From: a bacterium
GTDB lineage: Bacteria; UBP14; UBA6098; JAFGQG01
DNA: 64,000 bases
Direction: 5' to 3'
Assembly: GCA_016935765.1 (NCBI GenBank)
Contig: JAFGQG010000057.1
Span: 7,704 to 71,703 of the forward strand
A program made the position numbers and the translations under genes. Positions 47,061 through 55,738 of this stretch are shown in pieces. The notes below the pieces were generated by a model that saw only the letters and a program-made list of their open reading frames with translations, ran no database searches and was not told the origin of the DNA. Position 1 is the stretch's first letter. Each line of letters opens with the position of its first letter.

Positions 47061-47094
47061 GATTTACGATTGAAAATTTACGATTGACTATTTT
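47061..47094 (+). repeat. Tandem ATTTACGATTGA motif (x2) immediately upstream of the epimerase RBS; inverted copy of 45152..45188
   Basis: The plus strand reads GATTTACGATTGAAAATTTACGATTGACTATTTT. Confidence 0.5.
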
Positions 47095-47166
47095 AAAAAC
47101 GAAAATTGTCAATCGCCATTTTTACCCACCGAAGCTTAATCACCAAAGCATTAGCGAAGGTGGGGG

Positions 47167-48711
47167 TTAATCATAGGTGCCATAAATTTCTTTCAACACA
47201 TCCGTTATCTCACCTAAAGTTGCTTTAACTCTCAGCGAATCTATCACAAAAGGCATTATATTGTCTTTTTTATCGGCGGCTTCTCTCAGCATATCTAATT
47301 TTTGATTCAACTTGTTGTTATCCCTGTTCGTTTTATACTGGGCAAGTTCTTTGACCCTGGTCTCATGGTCAACCGGACTGGGAGAAAACTCGGGGATTTC
47401 CTCCTCCTCTGCCTGCATCATGTTCACTCCGACTACCTTCCGCGCGCAGTTTTCAATGTCTTTTTGATATTTATATGCGCTGTCTTCGATCAACTTTGCA
47501 GAGAACCCGCTTTCAACACATTTCGCTCCGCCGCCTTTTTTATCGATTGTCTCCAGGATTGCCATCACCTCTTCTTCGAGATCATTCGTAAGTTTTTCCA
47601 GAGTGTAGGAGCCAGCAAGCGGGTCGGGCCAGCCAGTTACGCCGCTTTCAAAAGCTATAAGCTGCTGAGTCCTGAGCGCCATCTTCACCGCGTTCTCTGA
47701 TGGAAGGCTAAGCGCTTCGTCATAGGAGTTTGTATGGAGGCTTTGGGTTCCTCCAAGCACCGCGGCAAAAGCCTGCAATCCCACCCTGATGATATTGTTC
47801 TGAACGTCCTGCGCGGTGAGAGTGGAGCCGCAGGTCTGCGTGTGAAATTTCATGAGCAGCGATTTTGGATCCTTTGCCTTGAAACGCTCTTTCATTACTC
47901 TTGCCCAAATCCTGCGCGCCGCTCTGAACTTCGCCACCTCCTCCATGAAATTGCTGTGACAACCAAAGAAAAAGGAAATACGGGGCGCAAAATCATCTAC
48001 GTCAAGTCCACGCCCAATAGCGCTTTCAACATAGTCGATACCGTTAGCGAATGTCAGCGCTACCTCCTGGGCAGCGGTCGCTCCAGCCTCGCGAATGTGA
48101 TACCCGGAAACCGACATGTAATACCACTTAGGTATATGCTTGATACAATATTCGATGACATCAGTGGTGATCTTTACCGATGGCGCAACAGGGAAAATAT
48201 AATTCCCTCTTGCCAGGAACTCCTTCAGTAAATCGTTTTGAACGGTCCCCCGCAGTTTGTCCATGTGTATGCCCTGTTCTTCAGCAAGGAGCACATACAT
48301 ACCCAGCAGGACCGGAGCAGTCGCATTGATGGTCATGGAGGTGGAAACCTTGCCCAGGTTGATCTCCTTGAAGATCGTCCTCATGTCATCCATAGTGGAC
48401 ACGGCTACTCCGCATCTGCCCACTTCTCCATAGGACATGTGGTGATCAGAGTCCAAACCAAGTTGAGTGGGAAGGTCAAACGCGACCGAGAGCCCGGTCT
48501 GCCCCTTCTCGAGAAGGTAGCGGAACCGTTCGTTCGTCTGTGCCGCGTCGCCAAATCCCGCATACTGACGCATAGTCCACAGCCGCTCTGTGTACATGGT
48601 TGGATATACTCCTCGAGTGAATGGATATTCACCAGGATTGCCTAAATCACGTTCATAATTGAAATTTTTTAAATCGTCCGGCGTGTTATGTTTTCTAATA
48701 TTAATACTCAT
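47167..48711 (-). CDS. Methylmalonyl-CoA mutase, large catalytic (TIM-barrel) subunit without a fused B12-binding domain
   Basis: RGVYPTMYTERLWTMRQYAGFGDAAQTNERFRYLLEKGQTGLSVAFDLPTQLG and the rest of the acyl-CoA mutase substrate-binding barrel. At 514 aa it is too short to include the C-terminal cobalamin domain. Confidence 0.9.
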   Translation of the reverse strand: MSINIRKHNTPDDLKNFNYERDLGNPGEYPFTRGVYPTMYTERLWTMRQYAGFGDAAQTNERFRYLLEKGQTGLSVAFDLPTQLGLDSDHHMSYGEVGRCGVAVSTMDDMRTIFKEINLGKVSTSMTINATAPVLLGMYVLLAEEQGIHMDKLRGTVQNDLLKEFLARGNYIFPVAPSVKITTDVIEYCIKHIPKWYYMSVSGYHIREAGATAAQEVALTFANGIDYVESAIGRGLDVDDFAPRISFFFGCHSNFMEEVAKFRAARRIWARVMKERFKAKDPKSLLMKFHTQTCGSTLTAQDVQNNIIRVGLQAFAAVLGGTQSLHTNSYDEALSLPSENAVKMALRTQQLIAFESGVTGWPDPLAGSYTLEKLTNDLEEEVMAILETIDKKGGGAKCVESGFSAKLIEDSAYKYQKDIENCARKVVGVNMMQAEEEEIPEFSPSPVDHETRVKELAQYKTNRDNNKLNQKLDMLREAADKKDNIMPFVIDSLRVKATLGEITDVLKEIYGTYD

Positions 48712-48720
48712 ACTGATAAA

Positions 48721-49017
48721 TTAAGATTTAATTACCAATATTTTATCCTTTTCAACCAATTTACCACTAAGGTATTTGTGGATAATACTGTATATTAATG
48801 TTTGATATGGTATCCCTTCCTCAATGGCTTTTTTCTGTATGGCATCTAAATCCTTACGGGATATTCTTATATTTATTCTCTTATCCTTACGCAAAGTTTC
48901 CTCAGCATATTCGATGTGTTTGCTAATCTCACCTTTATCATTATGAACGGATTTCCATTCGCCCTTTTCGTAAGAATCTAAAATTTCTTGCTCTTCTTTA
49001 TTTAATCTCTTCCCCAT
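48721..49017 (-). CDS. brnA: BrnA-type antitoxin (CopG/RHH-like)
   Basis: RINIRISRKDLDAIQKKAIEEGIPYQTLIYSIIHKYLSG. It overlaps the upstream toxin gene by 20 nt. Confidence 0.7.
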   Translation of the reverse strand: MGKRLNKEEQEILDSYEKGEWKSVHNDKGEISKHIEYAEETLRKDKRINIRISRKDLDAIQKKAIEEGIPYQTLIYSIIHKYLSGKLVEKDKILVIKS

Positions 49018-49288
49018 TTTCCTCCATATATTGCTTTGTTGCTTTCCTGCTCGGAATGATAGTTTTTAAAAAAATTTCTTCGTCCGTTTCAATAAAAGGT
49101 ACAAGATAAACGTATTTTTCAATATCAATTACATAGATTTTCTGGTCTTTATATTTTTTGGTGTTTGGGTTTTCTAAAATATCCAAAAGATTACCTTTTT
49201 TAATATAATAAATAATATCCTCAAAAGAAATACCTCTTGTGCTTTTCAATAGCTCATTTTTTTCTCTATTCCAGTTGTGGTATTTCAT
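48998..49288 (-). CDS. brnT: BrnT-type ribonuclease toxin (DUF497)
   Basis: MKYHNWNREKNELLKSTRGISFEDI matches the DUF497 FEWDxxKNxxNxxKHGISFEEA opening. About 96 aa, with the toxin gene first. Confidence 0.75.
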   Translation of the reverse strand: MKYHNWNREKNELLKSTRGISFEDIIYYIKKGNLLDILENPNTKKYKDQKIYVIDIEKYVYLVPFIETDEEIFLKTIIPSRKATKQYMEENGEEIK

Positions 49289-49292
49289 GATT

Positions 49293-49322
49293 TAATTATA
49301 TGACAACGTGTGCTAATTGTCA
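49293..49322 (-). promoter_or_regulatory. Palindrome TGACAA-N10-TTGTCA abutting a TATAAT box 6 nt before the brnT ATG (putative operator and leaderless promoter)
   Basis: The minus strand reads GTGACAATTAGCACACGTTGTCATATAATTAAATC, then ATG. Confidence 0.4.
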
Positions 49323-49337
49323 ACAAAATTATTGCTA

Positions 49338-49775
49338 TCAATCATAAGATTCCCGAATTCTTTCGTCGGATAAAGATGGTTTAATCATATCCTTCCACTC
49401 TTCCGAATCCCAGGTTCCAAGCTTTTCATGCGTAACGTAATACTTTCGGGGAATTGGATGAGTTCCTATGACTACCGGTATTTCATATTTTTTCTCTATA
49501 AAGTCTCTGAAGTATTCTATGTATGGACACGGGGGATATCCAACCACAAAACCAGTGGCAAGGTGGATTCTTTCAACACCGTTCCTAAGCATCTCTCCCA
49601 TTGCATTCTCAATGTTCCCGCCCGGACAGCCTCCACACGAAGTATATCCTACTATTTCGAGTTCCTCATCCTTTCCATAGACATCAAAAGCCCCTTCACG
49701 ATTTCGCATAGACCTGAAACACTTACCCCCAGCGCAAGAGTTGTAGCGATCACATATAAATATCCCGATTTTCAT
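49338..49775 (-). CDS. CGGC-domain protein
   Basis: KIGIFICDRYNSCAGGKCF...YTSCGGCPGG matches the CGGC domain. Its start overlaps the ferredoxin stop. Confidence 0.75.
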   Translation of the reverse strand: MKIGIFICDRYNSCAGGKCFRSMRNREGAFDVYGKDEELEIVGYTSCGGCPGGNIENAMGEMLRNGVERIHLATGFVVGYPPCPYIEYFRDFIEKKYEIPVVIGTHPIPRKYYVTHEKLGTWDSEEWKDMIKPSLSDERIRESYD

Positions 49776-50137
49776 TCTATTTCCTCCTTTATCTTGAGAA
49801 GCCTTTCGACAGTTGCCTCGGCTATCCTTTTCTCCCTTTTGAAGTGTCCGATCATCCTGTTAAGACAGTTTAATCTTTCCTCCTCCCTTCCATAATATTT
49901 TGCAGAGGCATCAATTGAATACTTAGCCCAATTTACATTTTCTTCTATCCAGTATTCTTCCTTTTCACTATCATGTTTCACCGCGTCAACTGGGCATATA
50001 TCGTGACACAGGGCACACCTGATACAGCCTTTCATATCTATTTCGGCAACATTCTCTTCCATTGCAATACAATCTACAGGGCATTCTTCAATACATATCC
50101 CACAACCCGTACAATCATTTTTATCTATCCATGGCAT
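49772..50137 (-). CDS. 2x[4Fe-4S] ferredoxin-domain protein
   Basis: CTGCGICIEECP and CIRCALCHDICP cluster motifs. Confidence 0.75.
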   Translation of the reverse strand: MPWIDKNDCTGCGICIEECPVDCIAMEENVAEIDMKGCIRCALCHDICPVDAVKHDSEKEEYWIEENVNWAKYSIDASAKYYGREEERLNCLNRMIGHFKREKRIAEATVERLLKIKEEIE

Positions 50138-50191
50138 ATTATCACTCCTTTTATTTTTTTGTTTATATTATCACATTTATGAACTACACTA

Positions 50192-51502
50192 TCAAACTAA
50201 TCCTATCATTGTTCTGCAGGTTTTTGTATAAAGATCCCTGAAAAAATTGTTGGGATCGGTTTGCTGCTTAACTTTGTAGTAATTTTCCTTATCCCAGATC
50301 TTCCAGAAATCCGATTCATTATAATAATTTTCGGAGATAAGAGTTTTTACCCCTCCAATTTTAAGGAGTTCTTCCTCAAGCATCTTATAGAAATTCTTGT
50401 CACTTCTCTTTTTTAAACCATAGATCGCCAGGTCTATGTAAAGTTCATCGTTTGTTTTGCTGAAAAAACGAGGGGCGATCCACTCATAGTTCCTAGCCTT
50501 GTATGGTACGCACCATAGCGGGAAGAAATCTATTTCATGTCTGTACCAATCAAGAAATTCCTCAATTTTCGAAAAAGGTATAAACACGTCAATTGTCACC
50601 GGGATTTTATCCGGTGGAATGAGGCGGTGAAATCTATCAACCATTCGGAGCACCTGAGTAGAACCTGTTGTTTTCCCAAACAGTAATCGGCCAATGAATG
50701 ATTTCGGGTTAACGTGGGTTACGCCTTTATCGTATCTAAAAAAGTAATCGGGTGTTTTAAGATAATCTTCTTCTCTCTCCCGTGTGCTTTTAAAGTAAAC
50801 TCTCATCCAGTCATACCTGTGGCTATATGGAGCTTTATCAGCAAAATTTCCCAAACTTAACACATATTCTGAAGCTGTATGAATTATTCCATCCATAAAT
50901 TCAACGTCCTTATTTTTAAAATGCTTCCAGATAGCTGACCTGTAATCATTAAGATTGTTGTACATCTCGTACTCAACCCTGACATAAGGTTTCGCTGGTA
51001 TCAGTTTGAACTTTAATTTCGAGATGATCCCGAGGGTTCCGAACGTTCCGTGAATCATCTGGAACAGCAGCTTATTTTCGTTTTCAGGTGTACAGATCAG
51101 AACATCCCCATTTGCAGTGATTATTTCATATTCGGTGCAGGTGTCGTGGAAACCGCCATATCTGAAAGACATCGATTCTATCGAACAACCTGCGACTGCG
51201 CCGCCGATAGTTATCGTTTTTAATTCTGGTACAATAATTGGAGTGAGCCCGTATTCAATTGTCGAGTTTAATAAATCTACAAATGTAACACCTGATTCTG
51301 CAATACAGATTCGTTTATCCGGATCGATCTCGATGATTTTATTGAGACCACTTATATCTATTTTACTGTCAAGATGCCTCCTGTCTTTCGTTTTAGGTAC
51401 TTCGTGCGAAACAGCCTTTTTCTTTAAAGATACAGGTGTATTGCCTTTGTGGCTTTTTAACTGCTCTATTATCCTTGTTACTTTTTGCTCGTGATCAGAC
51501 AT
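50192..51502 (-). CDS. FAD-binding (PCMH-type) oxidoreductase, FAD-linked oxidase family
   Basis: ESGVTFVDLLNSTIEYGLTPIIVPELKTITIGGAVAGCSIESMSFRYGGFHD FAD-binding domain. I took the start at MSDHEQK (51502) rather than 51565 to avoid overlapping the ADH gene. Confidence 0.7.
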   Translation of the reverse strand: MSDHEQKVTRIIEQLKSHKGNTPVSLKKKAVSHEVPKTKDRRHLDSKIDISGLNKIIEIDPDKRICIAESGVTFVDLLNSTIEYGLTPIIVPELKTITIGGAVAGCSIESMSFRYGGFHDTCTEYEIITANGDVLICTPENENKLLFQMIHGTFGTLGIISKLKFKLIPAKPYVRVEYEMYNNLNDYRSAIWKHFKNKDVEFMDGIIHTASEYVLSLGNFADKAPYSHRYDWMRVYFKSTREREEDYLKTPDYFFRYDKGVTHVNPKSFIGRLLFGKTTGSTQVLRMVDRFHRLIPPDKIPVTIDVFIPFSKIEEFLDWYRHEIDFFPLWCVPYKARNYEWIAPRFFSKTNDELYIDLAIYGLKKRSDKNFYKMLEEELLKIGGVKTLISENYYNESDFWKIWDKENYYKVKQQTDPNNFFRDLYTKTCRTMIGLV

Positions 51503-51524
51503 AACTAATACACTATGATATTTT

Positions 51525-52529
51525 TTAATCCATTTTAATAACAGCGGTACCTTTAATTTCACCATGCTTGGTTGATATCAAGACGTCTAGAAGCTGGTCG
51601 AATTCGAATGTTTCGTACTTGACCTTTATCCCTATTTCCTGTGCTAATTTTAGAAAGTTCAATCCATCCTTTCTGGTTATATGCGCCAAACTGATTACCG
51701 ATCTCTCCAGCCAGATATTATTGTAGTCCTTAATTTCAATAGGTGTCATGGTTACCGGGGCTAAAACTACCGTACCTCCACTATTTAGCTGCGAAAGCGA
51801 GAATTCTACAAGGTTACCTGCTGGGGGGAATACTATTCCAGCTTCCAATCTGGTGTCAGGTTTAACCTGATAATCTCCAACCCACGTAGCACCCAACTCC
51901 TTAGCCCAATCCTGGTTTTTCTTGTTTCTCGTAAACACGTAACTTTCGATTCCCAGGTGCTTGGCAGCTTGCAGCACATACGAGGCGGTAGGTCCGAAAC
52001 CATAGAGCCCTAGCTTATCTCCTTCCATTGTACCGGTTAGCCTGAAGGCTCTAAATCCAGCAATACCTGCGCACATAAGAGGAGAGATCTTTTCAAAAGG
52101 GATATTATCCCCAAGGGGATATGCAAAATCTTCCGAAATCAAAACATATTCGGCAAATCCACCATCGACATCCCACCCAGTGAATTTTGCATTTGGACAG
52201 AGGTTTTCCTCTCCTCTCAGGCAATATTTACACTTTCCACAAGCCCAATTCAACCAGGCTATCCCCGCCCTGTCTCCAATACTGAAATTAGTTACAGCAT
52301 CTCCAATCATATCGATCTCACCAGTAACCTGGTGTCCCAGGATCAAAGATGGTTTTCCCATCGGGAGATCACCCTCTGCAACATGTATGTCCGTTCTGCA
52401 GATCCCGGAGGCAATTACTTTTATACGAACTTCTTTCCCGTGCGGCTCAGGAGCAGGAACCTCCTTTAATACCAGAGGTTTATTTTCTATTTTGTCCTGC
52501 TTTTCCAAAACCCAGGCTCTCATATTCAT
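51525..52529 (-). CDS. Zinc-dependent alcohol dehydrogenase family oxidoreductase
   Basis: GHQVTGEI catalytic-zinc region, the structural-zinc CGKCKYC cluster and a Rossmann GLYGFGP motif. Confidence 0.85.
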   Translation of the reverse strand: MNMRAWVLEKQDKIENKPLVLKEVPAPEPHGKEVRIKVIASGICRTDIHVAEGDLPMGKPSLILGHQVTGEIDMIGDAVTNFSIGDRAGIAWLNWACGKCKYCLRGEENLCPNAKFTGWDVDGGFAEYVLISEDFAYPLGDNIPFEKISPLMCAGIAGFRAFRLTGTMEGDKLGLYGFGPTASYVLQAAKHLGIESYVFTRNKKNQDWAKELGATWVGDYQVKPDTRLEAGIVFPPAGNLVEFSLSQLNSGGTVVLAPVTMTPIEIKDYNNIWLERSVISLAHITRKDGLNFLKLAQEIGIKVKYETFEFDQLLDVLISTKHGEIKGTAVIKMD

Positions 52530-52534
52530 CCCTC

Positions 52535-54100
52535 CTAGACTATGCTGATTAGACTGGAAATCCTCTTATAAATATAATCATAATTGTCCCTATAATATTT
52601 CATACCTATCTCAATAAATTTAGGAATATCTTGAATGATCATTTTCTTGCCGCCACTCTCCTTAATAGCTAAATTCCTTACCTGCCTGTATATGTAAACA
52701 CCTGTTTTTACAGACTCTTCGAGATTTGCTCCCAGACCGAACACTGCAGCAATTACAGCAGGTAAACCAATATGTATATCAGCAATGCGCCTACCTCCAT
52801 CTACACCCGGATTTATGCATACTATCCCGTTCGGGTGTCCTATTAAAATTGGGTCTCCATTCAAGACGATAATGGAATCGAGATCCGCCGATAGCCTTTG
52901 TAAAATACTCACCTTGTCCTGATCGGGTTTAGCAATATTCGGATCATCAATTTCAGGCAGATTCTTTAAATTTAGAGCGAGAACAGTATCCCCTGACCTT
53001 TCCTTCAGGTTCTGAAGGTCTCCGGGACTTCTGAGAATCTCATCATCCTCAAAAAGCATGGGTTTCGTAACCTTATTAATCAGATGGGATACTATTTTTT
53101 GAGTTTCTTGATTTGAAGAAAAACCATTACTGATCACCGTTATGTTCACACTTTCCGCCAAATCTTCAAGTTCATTAATAGCTTTAAAACTCATATATCC
53201 CGAGTTATTTTGGCTAAATTGTTTTACAATTATTTTACTATCTTCTTCACTAATCGCAGGTTTCACCGATTTGGGAGACGCCAGATAAGCAATTCCACCA
53301 GTAGTTTTTATATAAGACAGGGTTGAGTAATAGGCAGTATCATAATTGTCCTCGGACCAGGCAATAAATAGAGCCTTTCTGCTTTCTTTGGTGTCGAAAT
53401 TTCTCTCTATGAGTTTAGCTGGCGGATTCATTTCTATCTTTAGGGAATCTGAATCGTAGATATACGGTGGGAATGATATATGTGAAACATAAAGAATACC
53501 ACATCTAACATATCCGGGATAAAGCAAATTCCCTATTTTAGGCAGACCGTAAGTTATTGTATAATCAGCCGATACGGATATCCCCATTTCCTGACCGGTG
53601 TTCCCGTTTACACCCGAAGGGATATCGATAGCAAACACTTTCTTGCCGCTATTATTGATGAGTTTTATCACATCTCTATAAATTTCCCTTACGTCTCTGG
53701 TGAGACCCGTGCCGAAAATCGCATCGATGATGGCATCCGAGTTGTTTATATCTTCATGTGCCTGATCATTACTACTTAGATATTTTATTTCAACTCCTAT
53801 ATTATACAAAATGTCTAAATTCTTTCTCGCATGCCCCTTAAACTTTTTCATCTCTGCCAGCAGAAACACTTTTACTGTCCCACCATTAGAATAGAGTTTT
53901 CTTGCTACCACACAGCCATCACCACCATTATTACCCTGTCCACAGAATATAGTAAATTTTTTACCTTTAATTCCAAATTCGGTATGGATAACAAAGTAGG
54001 CTGCATTACCAGCATTTTTCATTAATATCCCCGGGGCTATTCCCAAATCGACCGCTTGCCGATCAAGATTTCGCATTTCTTCAACTCTACTTACTCTCAT
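52535..54100 (-). CDS. nnr: Bifunctional NAD(P)H-hydrate repair enzyme Nnr (YjeF-N epimerase plus YjeF-C dehydratase)
   Basis: N-terminal FTIFCGQGNNGGDGCVVARKL (YjeF-N) and a C-terminal carbohydrate-kinase-like domain. Confidence 0.75.
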   Translation of the reverse strand: MRVSRVEEMRNLDRQAVDLGIAPGILMKNAGNAAYFVIHTEFGIKGKKFTIFCGQGNNGGDGCVVARKLYSNGGTVKVFLLAEMKKFKGHARKNLDILYNIGVEIKYLSSNDQAHEDINNSDAIIDAIFGTGLTRDVREIYRDVIKLINNSGKKVFAIDIPSGVNGNTGQEMGISVSADYTITYGLPKIGNLLYPGYVRCGILYVSHISFPPYIYDSDSLKIEMNPPAKLIERNFDTKESRKALFIAWSEDNYDTAYYSTLSYIKTTGGIAYLASPKSVKPAISEEDSKIIVKQFSQNNSGYMSFKAINELEDLAESVNITVISNGFSSNQETQKIVSHLINKVTKPMLFEDDEILRSPGDLQNLKERSGDTVLALNLKNLPEIDDPNIAKPDQDKVSILQRLSADLDSIIVLNGDPILIGHPNGIVCINPGVDGGRRIADIHIGLPAVIAAVFGLGANLEESVKTGVYIYRQVRNLAIKESGGKKMIIQDIPKFIEIGMKYYRDNYDYIYKRISSLISIV

Positions 54101-54200
54101 TCATCAAACTCCATTTTCTAATTCCTCTATCTCGATTGCATTCCTCAATACCGGGTTTATTCACAACATCACTTTTAAAATTCAACATCATCGAACTTAT

Positions 54201-54833
54201 TCAGGGTTTAACTGCTTTTATCACCACGAACGATCCTTCTCCGCAGCCATTCTTCAAGGGTTCAACCTGCTTGATCTCCCATAAACCATGAAAAATTGTC
54301 TGCGCAAATTCAAACTGCTTAAAACCTGCTGCTTTTAAATTGTCAATCAGTTCATCCACTCCATAGAAATCAGCAATTTCATAAAAGACATTTCCTTTCT
54401 TTTTCTTCTGATATAATTTCCCAAGATAGCTTTTCTTATCAATAAATCCAACTATAAAAGCGCCTCCAGGCTTTAAGGTTCTATAAACCTCGTTCAGGGC
54501 AGCTTCCAAATCATCCAGGAAACAGATCGTAGTAACCATCAATTCAATATCGAATTTTTCATTTTTAAAAGGCAATGCTTCTGCTACACCACCAATAACT
54601 TCCATTCCTTTCTCTTTAGCCAATTTCCGCATATTTGTGGATGGCTCTATCCCGATTTTTACACCAAGTGGGACTGCGAATTGCCCGGAACCGGAACCAA
54701 TCTCCATTGCTTTACCTCCCCCGGTTAACAATTTTCTAACTGCTTTTAATTCAGAAAGATATACAAATTCATTATGTTCGAACCATCGCTCATACTTCAA
54801 GAAATGACGTTCAAATGGTTGTATTTTAGGCAT
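54201..54833 (-). CDS. Class I SAM-dependent methyltransferase (type 11)
   Basis: MEIGSGSGQF motif I and LKPGGAFIV. Confidence 0.75.
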   Translation of the reverse strand: MPKIQPFERHFLKYERWFEHNEFVYLSELKAVRKLLTGGGKAMEIGSGSGQFAVPLGVKIGIEPSTNMRKLAKEKGMEVIGGVAEALPFKNEKFDIELMVTTICFLDDLEAALNEVYRTLKPGGAFIVGFIDKKSYLGKLYQKKKKGNVFYEIADFYGVDELIDNLKAAGFKQFEFAQTIFHGLWEIKQVEPLKNGCGEGSFVVIKAVKP

Positions 54834-55077
54834 AGTATGGCTCCAGTAAATCGATTGGTTTCCCTTCTATTAATGAATCGATTGATATATCCTGAATTAA
54901 ACTATCTGGAAAGATGTATCTAATAATCTTTTTTATAACGAACGATTCAAAGAGTTCCAAAAGCAAAACCACACCAGATGCTATGGGAAATGCCCTTCCG
55001 AAGCTCTCGAGTGCCCCGAAAATTGATTGCCAGATTCTCCTTTTACTGTATTTATATTTGTGTTCGTTCTTGTTCAT
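54826..55077 (-). CDS. Small hypothetical protein
   Basis: 83-aa ORF overlapping the methyltransferase gene by 8 nt. No recognised motif. Confidence 0.35.
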   Translation of the reverse strand: MNKNEHKYKYSKRRIWQSIFGALESFGRAFPIASGVVLLLELFESFVIKKIIRYIFPDSLIQDISIDSLIEGKPIDLLEPYYA

Positions 55078-55185
55078 ATTATATATGTTGGCATTCTTAT
55101 TAAATCCGTGAGTTTGTTAAACTGAAATAAATATAACTAATTGTTTATAATTATTCAAGTACATATAATATAAAAATTAATATTT

Positions 55186-55737
55186 TTAGATACTGTTAAT
55201 GCCAATAAATTTGCCACAACATTTACAATCTGTCGAAACAAAGCAATCCGGATGTTCTTCTATAAATTTACAGACTTCGATGCAGGAGGATGAGTCCAAA
55301 GGGTTATCGTGAACACGAAGTTCATTGAGGGAAACTAATTTCTCAACCAGGTTAAAATCTATTGATTTTAATTTATTATGCGATAGGGAGAGCCGTCCCA
55401 GATTCTTACACTCTATTAATGGTGAGAGATTTATGGATGAAAGTCTGTTACTCCCAAGATAAAGCCGTTCCAACTTCTTGCAAAATGCAAGCGGAGTAAG
55501 GTTCAAAAGAGTTAGTTCATTGTTGCAAAGCGCGAGTTGCTTCAAATTCACGCATTTTGCCAGGGGAGAAAGGTCTATTGAATTTAAGTGATTGTAATGG
55601 AGGTAGAGTATTTCCAAAGTAGCGTGGTAAATATCAGTTATTTTACGGCAATTCGGATCGGAGATCCCATTCCTGCTCAGGTTTAAACCAATCACGGACC
55701 CTGTTTCATTGCGTATGACTCTTTGTTCTGATACCAT
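55186..55737 (-). CDS. Leucine-rich-repeat protein with a Cys-rich C-terminus
   Basis: Five or more 22-24-aa LxxLxLxxNxL repeats (LKQLALCNNELTLLNLTPL, LERLYLGSNRLSSINLSPL, LGRLSLSHNKLKSIDF). The tail reads CIEVCKF...DCFVSTDCKCCGKF. No signal peptide. Confidence 0.7.
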   Translation of the reverse strand: MVSEQRVIRNETGSVIGLNLSRNGISDPNCRKITDIYHATLEILYLHYNHLNSIDLSPLAKCVNLKQLALCNNELTLLNLTPLAFCKKLERLYLGSNRLSSINLSPLIECKNLGRLSLSHNKLKSIDFNLVEKLVSLNELRVHDNPLDSSSCIEVCKFIEEHPDCFVSTDCKCCGKFIGINSI

Positions 55738-55738
55738 T

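Noticed and set aside
47302-48645. Plus-strand ORFs 47302..47700, 47734..48231 and 48238..48645 opposite the mutase gene
   Set aside because: They are antisense to an unambiguous methylmalonyl-CoA mutase frame. They are rich in Arg/His/Ser, as expected from GC-rich third positions read in reverse.
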